Positions 31,960 to 43,490 of a stretch of DNA of 64,000 nt are shown piece after piece. The notes under the pieces are model-generated. The model was not told where the DNA came from, made no database searches, and saw only the letters and a program-made list of their open reading frames with translations. Where the stretch lies: contig OZ243972.1 in the NCBI GenBank assembly GCA_965214705.1, positions 2,432,001 to 2,496,000 on the forward strand, written 5' to 3'. Position 1 is the first letter of the stretch, and each line of letters opens with the position of its first letter. Source of the stretch: Alphaproteobacteria bacterium. Lineage in GTDB: Bacteria > Pseudomonadota > Alphaproteobacteria > UBA828. The position numbers and the translations under genes were made by a program.

Positions 31960-32343
31960 ATGACGAGGAGAAGCGGCAGCGCTGGCACGCCGAGCCAGCG
32001 GCAGCGGCGAGTCGGCGAACTCATCAGAGGCGCGCTGTCCGAGACCCTCTCCCGCGGCGAGTTTCGCGAACCCGTGTTGAACGAGGTCCGTCTCACCGTG
32101 ACGGAAGTTCGGCCGGCGCCGGATCTACGCTCCGCCAAGGTCTACGTGATGCCGCTCGGTGGTGAGCGGGAGAGCGAGGCGGTCGACGCTTTGCAGCGCG
32201 CCGCCGGCTACTTGCGTGGCGAGGTGAACCGTCGCGTCAGGCTCAAGTTCTCGCCGTCGCTCAGCTTCGAGATCGACCGCAGCTTCGAGCATGTGCAGCA
32301 CATCGACAGGCTGCTCGGCGCAAACGAGAGCGCCGATGACTGA
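31960..32343 (+). CDS. rbfA: 30S ribosome-binding factor A
   Basis: QRRVGELIR, TVTEV-x-x-x-PDLRSAKVY and LKFSPSLSF motifs. Confidence 0.95.
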   Translation: MTRRSGSAGTPSQRQRRVGELIRGALSETLSRGEFREPVLNEVRLTVTEVRPAPDLRSAKVYVMPLGGERESEAVDALQRAAGYLRGEVNRRVRLKFSPSLSFEIDRSFEHVQHIDRLLGANESADD

Positions 32344-33232
32344 CGGCACACCCACACGCGGCCCTCACGGCTGGTTGGTGGTGGACAAGCCGCACGGGAT
32401 CACCTCTGCGGCAGCCGTCGCCCGCATCAAGTCCCTTGTCGGCCGCGGCGCGAAGGTGGGCCACGCCGGCACGCTGGACCCCATGGCCTCGGGCGTGCTG
32501 CCGGTGGCGATCGGCGAGGCCACCAAGACGGTCTCCTTCATGATGGATGCGCCCAAGCGCTACCGCTTCGACGTGCGCTGGGGCGAGCAGCGTGACACGG
32601 ACGATGCCGAGGGCACGGTGATCGAGACAAGCGCGCACCGCCCGTCCACGGAGGTTATCGAGTACGCGCTGCCGGCCTTCATCGGCCGCATCGAGCAGGT
32701 GCCGCCGGCGTTCTCGGCCCTCAAGGTCGGTGGCGAACGCGCCTATGCGCTCTCGCGCCAGGGCCGGCCGCCGGAGCTCGCGCCGCGCATGGTCCACATC
32801 GAGAGCCTGACGCTGATCGAGGCCGATGACGACGGCGCCACCTTCGCGGTCGATTGCGGCAAGGGCACTTACGTGAGGGCGCTGGCCCGCGACATCGCCC
32901 GCGCGGCGGGGACGGTCGGCTACGTGAGCCGGCTCCACCGCGCCGCAGTCGGGCCGTTCACCGACGAGGATGCGAATCCACTGGATAAACTGGTCGCGCT
33001 CGGGCATAGTCTGGCTCTCGCCGAAAGCCTGCGACCGGTCGATGCAGTGCTGGCCGACATCCCGGCTCTGCGTCTGACCGCGCGCGAGGCGGATCGCCTG
33101 CGCCACGGCCAGCCAGTGCCCGCGCCCGGTGCCGCACCCGGAAGGGTTCGCGCCGTTGCCGGGTCCCGGCTTGTGGCGTTGGCCGAAGTCGGCGCGGGCC
33201 GGGCCCGCCCGTTGCGGGTCTTCAACATGTGA
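32336..33232 (+). CDS. truB: tRNA pseudouridine(55) synthase
   Basis: [24 protein letters not shown] and [13 protein letters not shown] motifs. Confidence 0.95.
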   Translation: MTDGTPTRGPHGWLVVDKPHGITSAAAVARIKSLVGRGAKVGHAGTLDPMASGVLPVAIGEATKTVSFMMDAPKRYRFDVRWGEQRDTDDAEGTVIETSAHRPSTEVIEYALPAFIGRIEQVPPAFSALKVGGERAYALSRQGRPPELAPRMVHIESLTLIEADDDGATFAVDCGKGTYVRALARDIARAAGTVGYVSRLHRAAVGPFTDEDANPLDKLVALGHSLALAESLRPVDAVLADIPALRLTAREADRLRHGQPVPAPGAAPGRVRAVAGSRLVALAEVGAGRARPLRVFNM

Positions 33233-33248
33233 CAAGCGGAGTAGCCAG

Positions 33249-33518
33249 ATGTCGATCACCGCGGCGCGGAAGACCGAGCTGATATCGGAGTACGCAACCA
33301 AGACCCACGATACCGGCTCGCCGGAGGTCCAGGTCGCGATCCTGACCGAACGGATCAACAATCTGACCGAGCATTTTCGGAGCCACAAGAAGGATCTCCA
33401 TTCGAGGCAGGGCCTCCTGAAGATGGTCAGCCGCAGGCGCCGCCTGCTCGACTATCTCAAGCGCAACGATCAGGAGCGCTATTCCACCGTGATTCAGCGG
33501 TTGGGTTTGCGCAAATAG
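33249..33518 (+). CDS. rpsO: 30S ribosomal protein S15
   Basis: [13 protein letters not shown] and RRRRLLDYL motifs; 89 aa. Confidence 0.97.
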   Translation: MSITAARKTELISEYATKTHDTGSPEVQVAILTERINNLTEHFRSHKKDLHSRQGLLKMVSRRRRLLDYLKRNDQERYSTVIQRLGLRK

Positions 33519-33664
33519 CATTGGCAGTCGCGTGATCCGCCGGGATGCGGCACGCGGGTCAAGAGGGCACGTCGGGAGGCGCGGCATGGGCCGCCGCCGC
33601 CGGCGTTGCGCCTGTGTAGGGGCGAGCCGAATGGGCGGCTCGCCACCGGAACGAAGGAAACAAT

Positions 33665-35791
33665 ATGTTCGATATCACACGTCGTGAGGTCATGTGGGGC
33701 GAGCGCAAGCTCGTGCTCGAAACCGGGCGCATCGCCCGCCAGGCGGATGGCGCCGTCCTCGCGAGCTACGGCGAAACCGCGGTGCTCTGCACCGTCGTCG
33801 GCCAACGTACCGCGCGGGAGGGCCAAGATTTCTTCCCGCTGACAGTCAACTACGAGGAGAAAGCATTCGCCGCCGGCAAGATTCCAGGCGGCTTCTTCAA
33901 GCGCGAAGGGCGCCCGAGCGAGAAGGAGACCCTGGTCTCCCGCCTGATCGACCGGCCGCTTCGGCCCCTCTTCGTCAAGTCGTTTCGTAACGAAACCCAA
34001 GTCATCTGCACGGTGCTCTCGCACGACCTGGTCAACGATTCCGACATCGTCGCCATGATCGGCGCGTCGGCCGCGCTCACCATCTCCGGCCTGCCCTTCA
34101 TGGGGCCGATCGGGGGGTGCCGGGTCGGCTACGTCGACGGCGCCTACATGCTGAACCCGACCTACGAGCAGCGCGCGGCCTCCGACCTCGATCTGGTCAT
34201 GGCCGGCACCCAGGAGGGCGTGCTCATGGTCGAATCGGAGGCATCCGAGCTCTCCGAGGACCAGATGCTAGGCGCCGTGACCTTTGGCCACGAGTCCGTC
34301 AAGCCGGTGATCGAGGCCATCATCAGCCTTGCCGAGGCTTGCGCGAAGGAGCCCTGGGAGCTGCCCGAGGAAGAGGTGGACACAGCCCTCGTCGAACGGA
34401 TTCGCGCAAGCGCCGAGGCCTCGCTGCGCACGGCCTATTCGGTCGCCGGCAAGACCGAGCGGCAGGACAAGGTGGCGGCCGCGAAGTCCGAGACTGCGGC
34501 GCAGTTCCGCGAGGACGACGGCGCTGCCGGCATCCTCGACAGCACGCTGAGTTCGCTCGAGAAGGAGATCGTGCGCGGCCAGATCCTCGACAGTGGCGTG
34601 CGCATCGACGGCCGTACGACCAGCGATGTTCGCGCCATCGAGAGCGACGTGGGTGTGCTGCCGCGCAGCCACGGCTCGGCGCTGTTCACGCGCGGCGAGA
34701 CCCAGGCGCTGGTCACGGCGACCCTCGGCACCGGCCAGGACGAGCAGATCATGGACATGCTCGAGGGCGAGTACCGTGAGCGCTTCATGCTGCACTACAA
34801 CTTCCCGCCCTATTCGGTGGGCGAGGCGCGCTTCCTGCGCGGGCCCGGCCGGCGCGAGATCGGCCACGGCAAGCTCGCCTGGCGGGCGGTCCATCCGCTC
34901 CTGCCCGACGCCGAGGCATTCCCCTACACTATCCGCGTGGTCTCGGAGATCACGGAATCCAACGGGTCGTCGTCGATGGCGACGGTCTGCGGAGCCTCGC
35001 TCTCGCTGATGGATGCGGGCGTTCCCCTGGCCCGGCCGGTCGCCGGCATCGCCATGGGGCTGATCAAGGAAGACGACCGCTTCGCCGTACTCTCCGACAT
35101 CCTCGGTGACGAGGACCATCTTGGCGACATGGACTTCAAGGTCGCGGGCACGGAGCAAGGCATCACCTCGCTGCAGATGGACATCAAGATCACCAGCATC
35201 ACCGAGGAGATCATGCGCACTGCGCTCGCTCAGGCGCGCGACGGCCGGCTGCACATCCTCGGCGAGATGGCGAAGGCGCTCGCGCACGCCCGCGACAGCG
35301 TGAGCGACAATGCGCCCCGCATCACCACCTTCTCGATCCCGAAGGATCGCATCCGCGAGGTCATCGGGCCCGGCGGCAAGGTCATTCGCGAGATCTGCGA
35401 GACCACCGGGACCAAGATCGACATCGAGGACGATGGCACCATCAAGGTGGCGGCGGTCGAGGGCGAGGCGACGAAGGCCGCGATCAACATGATCCGCGAC
35501 ATCGTGGCCGAGCCCGAGGTCGGCGTGATCTACGACGGCAAGGTGGTCAAGATCGTCGACTTCGGCGCCTTCGTGAACTTCATCGGCAAGCGCGACGGCT
35601 TAGTGCATATCAGCGAGATCGCGCCGCGCCGGATCAAGAGCGTGAGCGACGTTCTGAGCGAAGGCGATAACGTCAAAGTGAAGGTGCTCGGAATCGACGA
35701 CCGCGGTAAGGTCAAGCTGAGCATGAGAGCCGTGAATCAGGAAAGCGGAGAGGACCTGAGCGCGGCCGAAGAAGCGGCGCAAGCCGGGTAG
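33665..35791 (+). CDS. pnp: Polyribonucleotide nucleotidyltransferase
   Basis: [28 protein letters not shown] and [14 protein letters not shown] motifs; KH and S1 domains. Confidence 0.97.
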   Translation: MFDITRREVMWGERKLVLETGRIARQADGAVLASYGETAVLCTVVGQRTAREGQDFFPLTVNYEEKAFAAGKIPGGFFKREGRPSEKETLVSRLIDRPLRPLFVKSFRNETQVICTVLSHDLVNDSDIVAMIGASAALTISGLPFMGPIGGCRVGYVDGAYMLNPTYEQRAASDLDLVMAGTQEGVLMVESEASELSEDQMLGAVTFGHESVKPVIEAIISLAEACAKEPWELPEEEVDTALVERIRASAEASLRTAYSVAGKTERQDKVAAAKSETAAQFREDDGAAGILDSTLSSLEKEIVRGQILDSGVRIDGRTTSDVRAIESDVGVLPRSHGSALFTRGETQALVTATLGTGQDEQIMDMLEGEYRERFMLHYNFPPYSVGEARFLRGPGRREIGHGKLAWRAVHPLLPDAEAFPYTIRVVSEITESNGSSSMATVCGASLSLMDAGVPLARPVAGIAMGLIKEDDRFAVLSDILGDEDHLGDMDFKVAGTEQGITSLQMDIKITSITEEIMRTALAQARDGRLHILGEMAKALAHARDSVSDNAPRITTFSIPKDRIREVIGPGGKVIREICETTGTKIDIEDDGTIKVAAVEGEATKAAINMIRDIVAEPEVGVIYDGKVVKIVDFGAFVNFIGKRDGLVHISEIAPRRIKSVSDVLSEGDNVKVKVLGIDDRGKVKLSMRAVNQESGEDLSAAEEAAQAG

Positions 35792-35930
35792 GGAAAGCCG
35801 CCAAGAGAAGCGACACCTTGCAAACGCCGCCGCTGCCGCCCACATCGCGGTGCAGCGGCGGCACCAACTCGCTGCCCTGCGCTGCCGCGGTGGGCGAAAC
35901 GAGCCTGATGCAACGGCGGATGGACCGACC

Positions 35931-37328
35931 ATGAAGGCGTTGAACGCAATCAGGTTGTCGGGGCGCGATGTCCTCCCCTTGATCGAGGGCGGCAAGGGCA
36001 TCGGCGTGACCAACGGCCTGAGCTCCGGCGCCTGGGCTGCCGCCGGCGGCGTCGGCACGTTTTCCGGCGTCAATGCCGATTACTACGACGAGCACGGCCG
36101 GGCGATTCCACAGACCTATCGCGGTCGCACCCGCAAGGAACGGCACGAGGAGCTGGTCGATTACGCGATCAGGGGCGGCATCGCCCAGGCGCGCATCGCC
36201 CACGAGGTCTCCGGCGGCGATGGCCGGCTCCACATGAACGTGCTGTGGGAGATGGCCGCTGCCGAGCGCATTCTCCACGGCATTCTCGAGGCGACGCGCG
36301 GAATTATCCACGGCGTGACCTGCGGCGCCGGCATGCCATACCGCCTGGCCGAGGTAGCCGCGCAGTACGATGTCCAGTACTACCCGATCATCTCGTCGGC
36401 GCGGGCGTTCCGCGCGCTCTGGAAGCGCGCGTACCATCGCTTCTCGGACTGGATGGGCGGCGTGGTCTACGAGGACCCCTGGCGCGCCGGCGGTCATAAC
36501 GGCCTCTCAAACAGCGAGGATCCCGAACAGCCTGAGCCCGCCTATCCTCGGGTTGTGGCGCTGCGCCAGCAAATGCGTGAGTACGGCCTCGACGACGTGC
36601 CGATCGTGATGGCAGGCGGCGTCTGGTACCTGCGTGACTGGGAGGATTGGCTCGACAACCCCGAGCTCGGTCCCGTCGTCTTCCAGTTCGGCACCCGCCC
36701 GCTGGTGACCGAAGAAAGCCCGATCTCCGAGCGCTGGAAGCGCAAGCTGCTGTCCATGCAGGAAGGAGACGTGAAGCTCAACCGCTTCAGCCCTACCGGA
36801 TTCTATTCGTCGGCGGTGCGCAACGACTTCATCCACGAGCTCGCCGAGCGCGAGCAGCGTCAGGTCGCCTACACCGCCGAGCCCATCGGTGACCACGACC
36901 AGAAATTCACCCCGGGGCCGCGCGGGCGTTCTTTCTATGTGACCAAGGGCGATTTGAAGCGGGCCGAAGCGTGGATGAACGAGGGCTTCACCTCCGTGAT
37001 GAAGACCCCTGAGACCACGATCATCTTCGTCACCGACGAGAAGGCGCGCGAGATCAGGGCCGATCAAGCCGCCTGCATGGGCTGCCTCAGCGCCTGCAGG
37101 TTCAGCAACTGGGCGACCAACGAAACGGGCTCGACCGGCAAGAAGACCGATCCCCGCAGCTACTGCATCCAGAAGACGCTGCAGGAGATCATCCACGGCG
37201 AGGACATCGACAACCAGCTCATGTTCGCCGGCCACGCGGCGTTCCGCTTCGCGGACGATCCCTTCTATTCGAACCGCTTCATCCCCACCGTGCGCCAGCT
37301 GGTGGAGCGCCTGCTTACCGGCGACTGA
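35931..37328 (+). CDS. NAD(P)H-dependent flavin oxidoreductase (nitronate monooxygenase-like)
   Basis: LIEGGKG, TCGAGMP, AGGHNG, MAGG, FQFGTR and CMGCLSAC motifs. Confidence 0.8.
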   Translation: MKALNAIRLSGRDVLPLIEGGKGIGVTNGLSSGAWAAAGGVGTFSGVNADYYDEHGRAIPQTYRGRTRKERHEELVDYAIRGGIAQARIAHEVSGGDGRLHMNVLWEMAAAERILHGILEATRGIIHGVTCGAGMPYRLAEVAAQYDVQYYPIISSARAFRALWKRAYHRFSDWMGGVVYEDPWRAGGHNGLSNSEDPEQPEPAYPRVVALRQQMREYGLDDVPIVMAGGVWYLRDWEDWLDNPELGPVVFQFGTRPLVTEESPISERWKRKLLSMQEGDVKLNRFSPTGFYSSAVRNDFIHELAEREQRQVAYTAEPIGDHDQKFTPGPRGRSFYVTKGDLKRAEAWMNEGFTSVMKTPETTIIFVTDEKAREIRADQAACMGCLSACRFSNWATNETGSTGKKTDPRSYCIQKTLQEIIHGEDIDNQLMFAGHAAFRFADDPFYSNRFIPTVRQLVERLLTGD

Positions 37329-37356
37329 CGGTGGGCCGCCACGCCGGCGGCTCTCC

Positions 37357-38328
37357 TCAACGCTCCTTCACGTAGGGAACGCCGCTCGCCTTGGGCGGCA
37401 CCGCCTTGCCGACGAAGCCTACGAGCAGAAGCACGGTGAGCAGGTAGGGCAGCGCCTGGATTGCCTGCACCGGGATGATCCCGACGCCGGGGATATCCAC
37501 CCCTTGCAGCCTTGCCTGCACGGCATCGGCGAAGGCGAAGAGGAAGCAGGCGAAGAGGGTCGGCACCGGGCGCCACTTGCCGAAGATCAGCGCAGCGAGC
37601 GCGAGGTAGCCCATGCCCGCGCTCATGTCGCGCACGAAGAGCGCGTTCTGTGCGATCGAGAGCGACGTGCCGGCGACGCCACAGAGAATGCCGCAGACGA
37701 TCATCGCCCGGTAGCGCATGCCGGCGACCGAGATGCCGGCGGTGTCCACCGCCTCCGGCGCCTCGCCGACAGCGCGGAGTCTCAGCCCGAAGCGGGTCTT
37801 GTAGATGAACCACGCCGCGAGCGGGACCATGCCGAGCGCGATGTAGACGATCAGGTTGTGGCCGCTCACGATCTCCGAATAGATCTGGCCGAGGAAGGGC
37901 ACGTCGCTCAGCCGGTCGGCGAAGGGGAAGTGGATCGGGCGGAAGCGCGCCGCGTCCGCCACGATCGGCGTGTGCCCGCCCTGCCCGAACCATGCGAGCG
38001 AGAGCACCGGCCCGAGGCCCGCCACCAGGATGTTGAGCGCCATGCCCGAGACCACCTGATCGCCCCGGTGGGTGACGCAAGCGAAGGCATGGATCATCGC
38101 GAGCCCCACGGAGGCGCCCATGCCGGCGAGCAGGCCGATCCACGCCGAGCCCGTGGCGAACGCCGCCGCCGCAGCGGCAAACGCCGCCCCCAGCATCTTG
38201 CCCTCGAGACCGATATCGACCACGCCCGAACGCTCGGCGAACATGCCGGCGAAGGCGGCCAGAATCAGCGGCGTCGAGACGCGCAGCGTCGCGTCGATCA
38301 CCAGGACGATCCAGGTGATCGCTTCCAT
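37357..38328 (-). CDS. ABC transporter permease (nucleoside/CUT2 type)
   Basis: ERSGVVDIGLEG, RLRAVGE and LAALIFGKWRP motifs. Confidence 0.9.
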   Translation of the reverse strand: MEAITWIVLVIDATLRVSTPLILAAFAGMFAERSGVVDIGLEGKMLGAAFAAAAAAFATGSAWIGLLAGMGASVGLAMIHAFACVTHRGDQVVSGMALNILVAGLGPVLSLAWFGQGGHTPIVADAARFRPIHFPFADRLSDVPFLGQIYSEIVSGHNLIVYIALGMVPLAAWFIYKTRFGLRLRAVGEAPEAVDTAGISVAGMRYRAMIVCGILCGVAGTSLSIAQNALFVRDMSAGMGYLALAALIFGKWRPVPTLFACFLFAFADAVQARLQGVDIPGVGIIPVQAIQALPYLLTVLLLVGFVGKAVPPKASGVPYVKER

Positions 38329-38330
38329 GG

Positions 38331-39446
38331 CTACGCCGCCACCGCCCGCGCGCGGCGTGCGAACAGGCGCTCGATCCGGCCGCGGAACATGTGCTCCAGC
38401 GCGCCCGAGAACAGGATGACCAGCCCCTGCAGCACCACCACCATGTCGCGGGTCACGTTGGGCATGTCGAAGGCGAGCTCGGAGCCGCCCTGGTAGAGAA
38501 TGCCGAAAAGCAGGGCCGCGAGCAGGATGCCCACCGGGTGGTTGCGGCCCATCAGCGCGACCGCGATGCCCACGAAGCCGTAGCCCGCCGTGAACTCCAG
38601 CAACAGCCGGTGGTGGACGCCGATGATCTCGTTGACGCCCACGAGGCCGGCGAGCCCGCCCGAGATCGCCATCGCCAGCATGATCGAGCGGTCCGGTGCA
38701 ATGCCGCCGTAGACTGCTGCCGACTCGTTATGGCCGACGGCGCGAATCTCGTAGCCCCAGCGGGTGCGCCAGACGAAGAACCAGAAGAGCACGAGGCAGA
38801 CCGCTGCGATGACGATACTCAGGTTGAGCGACGAGCGGCCGATATTCGCGCCAAACGCCGCGAAGACATCGTGGACGAAGGGGAGCCAGGCGCCCGCCTC
38901 GAAGGTGCGGCTTTCGGCCGCCTGCTGCCCCGGCTTGATGAAGATTTCGACCAGCAGGTAGGTCATCAGCGCTGCGGCCAGGAAGTTGAACATGATCGTC
39001 GTGATGACGATGTGGCTGCCGCGCTTCGCCTGCAGCCAGCCGGGAATGAATGCCCAGAAGGCGCCGAAGGCCATGGCGCAGGCGATCGCCAGCGGAATCA
39101 CCACAGGCGCCGGCCAGTGGCCCAGATAAAGCCCGATCAGACCCGCGCCGAGCCCGCCGAGATAGGCCTGCCCCTCGCCGCCGATGTTGAAGAGGCCGCA
39201 GTGGAAGGCGATGGCGACGGCGAGCCCGGTGAAGACGAAGTTGGTGGTGTAGTAGAGGGTGTAACCGATCGCTTCCGGGTAGCCCACCGCGCCGAGCACC
39301 AGCAGCCTCAGCGCCTCGAACGGGTTCTCGCCGATCAGCGCAATGATGATGCCGGCGATGACGAGCGCGAGCCCCAGGTTGATGAGCGGGACCAGCCCGT
39401 GTGTGACCCAGGTCGGCGCCTGGGTCGGGCCGCCGAAGCCCTTCAC
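38331..39446 (-). CDS. ABC transporter permease (nucleoside/CUT2 type)
   Basis: GLFNIGGEGQ and GFVGIAVALMGRNHP motifs. Confidence 0.9.
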   Translation of the reverse strand: MKGFGGPTQAPTWVTHGLVPLINLGLALVIAGIIIALIGENPFEALRLLVLGAVGYPEAIGYTLYYTTNFVFTGLAVAIAFHCGLFNIGGEGQAYLGGLGAGLIGLYLGHWPAPVVIPLAIACAMAFGAFWAFIPGWLQAKRGSHIVITTIMFNFLAAALMTYLLVEIFIKPGQQAAESRTFEAGAWLPFVHDVFAAFGANIGRSSLNLSIVIAAVCLVLFWFFVWRTRWGYEIRAVGHNESAAVYGGIAPDRSIMLAMAISGGLAGLVGVNEIIGVHHRLLLEFTAGYGFVGIAVALMGRNHPVGILLAALLFGILYQGGSELAFDMPNVTRDMVVVLQGLVILFSGALEHMFRGRIERLFARRARAVAA

Positions 39447-41044
39447 GCCTCGGCGACCTCCGCAGCGTCCGCGCGCTCGCCCGCCATCATCAGGCCGAGC
39501 GTGCGCTCGTCCGCCTCCGCCTGCGCCACCTCGCCCACGATCGCGCCGCCGAACATCACCAGGATGCGGTCCGCGAGAGACATGATCTCGTCGAGCTCGA
39601 CCGAGACCAGCAGGATCGCCTTGCCCTCGTCCCGCATCGCCACGAGCTTGCGGTGGATGAACTCGATGGCGCCGATATCGACGCCCCGCGTGGGCTGGCC
39701 CACCAGCAGCACGTCCGGGCTGCGGCTCATCTCGCGGCCGACCACGATCTTCTGCTGATTGCCGCCGGAGAAGTTGGCGGTGCGCAGCGACGGCAGGGGC
39801 GGGCGCACGTCGAAGTCCTCCATCGTGCTTCCCACGGCGTCGACCACCGCGCCGCGGCTCATCAGCGCGCCGCGGTTGTAAAGCCGCTCCCGGTGATACC
39901 CGAGGACGCCGCTCTCGGAGGCGTCGAAGGCCGTCACCAGCCCCATGCGCTGGCGATCTTCCGGCACGTGGCCGAGCCCGCGCCGGCGCATGGCCCGCGC
40001 CGCCTCGGCCCGGCCGCCGGCGGGCACCGGCTCGCCCCCGATGGCGATGGTACCGCTCTCACGGGCGAGGGTGCCGGCCAGCGCCTCCAGCAGCTCCGAC
40101 TGGCCGTTGCCGGCGACGCCCGCGATGCCGACGATCTCGCCGGCGTGCACGGTGAAGCTCACGTCGTGCACGCGCAGCACGCCGCTGCGGTCGCGCACCG
40201 CCAGGCTCTCGACCCGCAGCAACGCCTCGCCCGGCGCTGCTTCCTCCTTGTCCACGCGGAGCAGCACGCTGCGGCCCACCATCATCGCCGCGAGCTGGGC
40301 GCGGTCGGTCTCCGCAGTCGCCACATGATCGACCACGCGGCCCGCGCGCATGACGGTGACCCGGTCGGTGAGCGCCATGATCTCGCGCAGCTTGTGGGTG
40401 ATCAGGACGATGGTCCGGCCCTGGTCCCGGAGCGCGCGGAGGATGCGGAAGAGGTCGTCCACTTCCTGCGGTGTGAGCACGCCCGTGGGCTCGTCCAGGA
40501 TCAGGATGTCGGCGCCGCGATAGAGCGCCTTCAGGATCTCCACCCGCTGCTGCAGGCCCACGGGCAGCGAGCCCACGATGGCGTCGGGATCGACATCGAG
40601 CCCGTACTCGCGCTCCAGCCGCTCCAGCTCCTGCCGGGCCTCGCTCAGGGTCGAGCGCAGCAGGTAGCCCTTCTCGACGCCGAGCACCACGTTCTCCAGC
40701 ACGGTGAAGGTGTCCACGAGCATGAAGTGCTGGTGGACCATGCCGACTCCGTGGCTGATGGCGTCTTCCGGCCCCCTGATGGTGACCGGCGTGCCGCCCA
40801 CCCTGATCTCGCCGCCGTCGGCCTGGTAGTAGCCGTAGACGATGCTCATCAGGGTCGACTTGCCGGCGCCGTTCTCGCCGACGATGCCGTGGATCGTGCC
40901 GGGTGCGACGGCGACCGAGACGTCGTCGTTCGCGTGCACCGAGCCGAACCACTTCTGGATGCCGACGACCTCCAGCGCGGGCACACCCGGCCCGCCCGAG
41001 GGGCCGCGCTCTTCCGCAGCCCCCCGGTGTTCGTCCCCGGCCAC
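39443..41044 (-). CDS. ABC transporter ATP-binding protein (two-domain CUT2 type)
   Basis: GENGAGKST, ILDEPT, SGGNQQK and QPTRGVD motifs. Confidence 0.93.
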   Translation of the reverse strand: MAGDEHRGAAEERGPSGGPGVPALEVVGIQKWFGSVHANDDVSVAVAPGTIHGIVGENGAGKSTLMSIVYGYYQADGGEIRVGGTPVTIRGPEDAISHGVGMVHQHFMLVDTFTVLENVVLGVEKGYLLRSTLSEARQELERLEREYGLDVDPDAIVGSLPVGLQQRVEILKALYRGADILILDEPTGVLTPQEVDDLFRILRALRDQGRTIVLITHKLREIMALTDRVTVMRAGRVVDHVATAETDRAQLAAMMVGRSVLLRVDKEEAAPGEALLRVESLAVRDRSGVLRVHDVSFTVHAGEIVGIAGVAGNGQSELLEALAGTLARESGTIAIGGEPVPAGGRAEAARAMRRRGLGHVPEDRQRMGLVTAFDASESGVLGYHRERLYNRGALMSRGAVVDAVGSTMEDFDVRPPLPSLRTANFSGGNQQKIVVGREMSRSPDVLLVGQPTRGVDIGAIEFIHRKLVAMRDEGKAILLVSVELDEIMSLADRILVMFGGAIVGEVAQAEADERTLGLMMAGERADAAEVAEA

Positions 41045-41087
41045 GGGGCTTACGCCTCGGTAGCCGGCGGGCGCCGGCGCCCGCGCG

Positions 41088-42071
41088 CTACTGCGCCATG
41101 TAGTCGGTCACCGCGATGTTGCCGGCGATGATGTCCGTGCGCGCCTGCTCGATTGCCGTTTCCATCTCGGCCGAGATGAGGCTGCGGTTGTGCTCGTCCA
41201 GCGCCCAGCCGACGCCGTCCTCCGCCAGCCCGAGGATCTGGATGCCCCCTTGCCAGGTGCCTTCCTTGGCAGCCCTGAAGGACTCGTAGACCGCCACGTC
41301 CACGCGCTTGACCATCGAGGTCAGCATCGTGCCGGGGTGGATGTAGTTCTGGTTGCTGTCCACCCCGATGGCGAGCTTGCCGGCGTCCTTCGCTGCCTGG
41401 TAGACGCCGATGCCGGTGCCGCCGGCGGCGGCGTAGACCACGTCCGCGCCCCGGTCGAACTGGCTGCGCGCGAGCTCGCCGCCCTTGGTCGGGTCGTTCC
41501 AGGCAGACGGCGTCGTGCCGGTCATGTTCTGGAAGATCTCGATGTCCGGATTGACGTGCTGCGCGCCCTCCACGTAGCCGAGCGCGAACTTGCGGATCAG
41601 CGGGATGTCCATCCCCCCGACGAAGCCGACCTTACCCGTCTGAGACGCCATCGCAGCCGCCATGCCCACCAGGAACGAGCCCTCGTGCTCCTTGAAGATC
41701 ACCGACTGCACGTTGGGCAGGTCCACCACCATGTCGATCAGGGTGAACTTGGTCTCGGGGAACTCCTGCGCCACGGTCTCGACCGCCGCCGCCTGGGCGA
41801 AGCCCATCGCCACCACCACCTGCGCGCCGCGCCTGGCCATGTTGCGGAGCGCCTGCTCGCGCATTGAGGGGTTGGTCACCTCGAAGTCGCGGTACTGAAT
41901 GCCGGTGTCCGCTGTAAACTTCTCGGCACCGTTGAAGGCGGCCTCGTTGAAGGACTTGTCGAACTTGCCGCCCATGTCGAAGACGACGGCCGGCGTGAAG
42001 TCCTCGGCCTGGGCCATGCCGCCCGCGGCAATCCCGATCGCCGCGAGCGCGACGACGATGAGTCGTTTCAT
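41088..42071 (-). CDS. BMP family substrate-binding protein (purine/pyrimidine nucleoside)
   Basis: Signal peptide; GGKFDKSFN, AAAGGTG and IGVDSNQ motifs. Confidence 0.9.
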   Translation of the reverse strand: MKRLIVVALAAIGIAAGGMAQAEDFTPAVVFDMGGKFDKSFNEAAFNGAEKFTADTGIQYRDFEVTNPSMREQALRNMARRGAQVVVAMGFAQAAAVETVAQEFPETKFTLIDMVVDLPNVQSVIFKEHEGSFLVGMAAAMASQTGKVGFVGGMDIPLIRKFALGYVEGAQHVNPDIEIFQNMTGTTPSAWNDPTKGGELARSQFDRGADVVYAAAGGTGIGVYQAAKDAGKLAIGVDSNQNYIHPGTMLTSMVKRVDVAVYESFRAAKEGTWQGGIQILGLAEDGVGWALDEHNRSLISAEMETAIEQARTDIIAGNIAVTDYMAQ

Positions 42072-42153
42072 TGGGAATCTCCCTTGGATTTTGGTGCGTG
42101 TCCCGATTGCGCCCAGCCTAGCCTAGCCACTATCGAATGTCTGTCTCCGCGCC

Positions 42154-42684
42154 CTATTCGGCAGCCTCGGCGCTAGCGCTCTGTGCTTTCTCCAGAGTGA
42201 GCTCGACCGGCACCGGGTTGGAGACGATGTCGAGCACCGGGCAATGCGCGTTGACCGCCTGCTGGAGCTTGGCCAGCGTCTCCTCATCTGCGGACGAGAC
42301 CACGCGCACGGTGCCGCGCAGCTTCTGGTAGCCCGGCCGCACCGATTCGTCGACCGCAAAGAAGCCGCGCAGGTCGATATCGCCCTCCAGCGTCACCGCG
42401 ACGTGCTCCAGCGGGATGCCGAGGGCCGCCGCATAGGCGCGATAGGTGATCTCCTGGCAAGTGCCGAGCGCTGCGAGGATCAGCTCGACCGGGTTGGGCC
42501 CGGTGTCGGTGCCGCCCAGGCTCTCCGGCTCATCCACCACCAGGCGGTGGTCGCGCATCGCCACCTCCGAGCGGAAGCCCTCGCCCAGGGACGACACGGA
42601 TTCGAAAGTCGCCTGCGCCTCCGCCGGATCGGTGCGGAAGGCCTCCTGGGTTTCGACGATCAGATTGCGCAGCTCTTCGCTCAT
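42154..42684 (-). CDS. OsmC family protein
   Basis: DEPESLGGTDTGPNPVELILAALGTC and HCPVLD motifs. Confidence 0.9.
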   Translation of the reverse strand: MSEELRNLIVETQEAFRTDPAEAQATFESVSSLGEGFRSEVAMRDHRLVVDEPESLGGTDTGPNPVELILAALGTCQEITYRAYAAALGIPLEHVAVTLEGDIDLRGFFAVDESVRPGYQKLRGTVRVVSSADEETLAKLQQAVNAHCPVLDIVSNPVPVELTLEKAQSASAEAAE

Positions 42685-42769
42685 GGTCCATCTCCCTCTG
42701 GCGGCCGTTCACTCGGCCGAGACTATGACTGTTGATCCATCAATACGTGCTTTTGTGTGAACTTGGGAG

Positions 42770-43435
42770 TCATCGCCCTGCGTCCGCCGCAGCGACCACA
42801 TCCATGAAGGCGCCGAGCTTTGCGGCATCGAGGGCGCCCTCGGTGCGGACGCCGGTGCAGAGATCGACCCCGTAGGGGCGCACCGCGAGGATCGCTTCGG
42901 CCACGTTGCCCGCGTTGAGCCCGCCTGCGAGGAAGACGGGGCAGGGGGCTTCCGCCACGATGCGCCGGCTAAGCGCCCAGTCGTGGACCCGCCCGGTGCC
43001 GCCCAACTCCTTGACCTTGCCGGCCGGATTGCCGGAATCGAGCAGCAGCCCGTCCACCATGGGAGCGATGGCCACGGCCTCCGCGACCGCGCCCTCGTCC
43101 CGCACGTGGATCACCTGCACCAGCGCGATGCCGGGCAGCGCCGCGCGCAACGCCGGGTAGGCGCTGGCATCGAGCGCGTCGCAGAGCTGGATCGTGTTGA
43201 CCCCGCAGCGCCGCTGCTGGGCGGCAATGGCGGCGGGCTCCACCTTCGACGTGAGCAGGAAGGTGCCCAGGGCCGGCGGCGCGGCGGCGGTGATCTCCCC
43301 GATCAGGTCTTCCCCGATCACCCCCGGCCCGCTCGGCATTGCCGAGACCAGCCCGATCGCATCGGCGCCTGCGGCGACAGCGGCTTGCGCCTCCGCCAAG
43401 CTGGAGATGCAGCAGATTTTCGCGCGTGTCCGCAT
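42770..43435 (-). CDS. trpF: Phosphoribosylanthranilate isomerase-like protein
   Basis: KICCI, LLLDSG, GGTGRVHDW and FLAGGL motifs; located outside any trp operon. Confidence 0.75.
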   Translation of the reverse strand: MRTRAKICCISSLAEAQAAVAAGADAIGLVSAMPSGPGVIGEDLIGEITAAAPPALGTFLLTSKVEPAAIAAQQRRCGVNTIQLCDALDASAYPALRAALPGIALVQVIHVRDEGAVAEAVAIAPMVDGLLLDSGNPAGKVKELGGTGRVHDWALSRRIVAEAPCPVFLAGGLNAGNVAEAILAVRPYGVDLCTGVRTEGALDAAKLGAFMDVVAAADAGR

Positions 43436-43490
43436 CGGCCTCGGTAGACCGACCGCGCCGAGCGCGTTAGGTGTCGGCCCTGCGGGCAGC

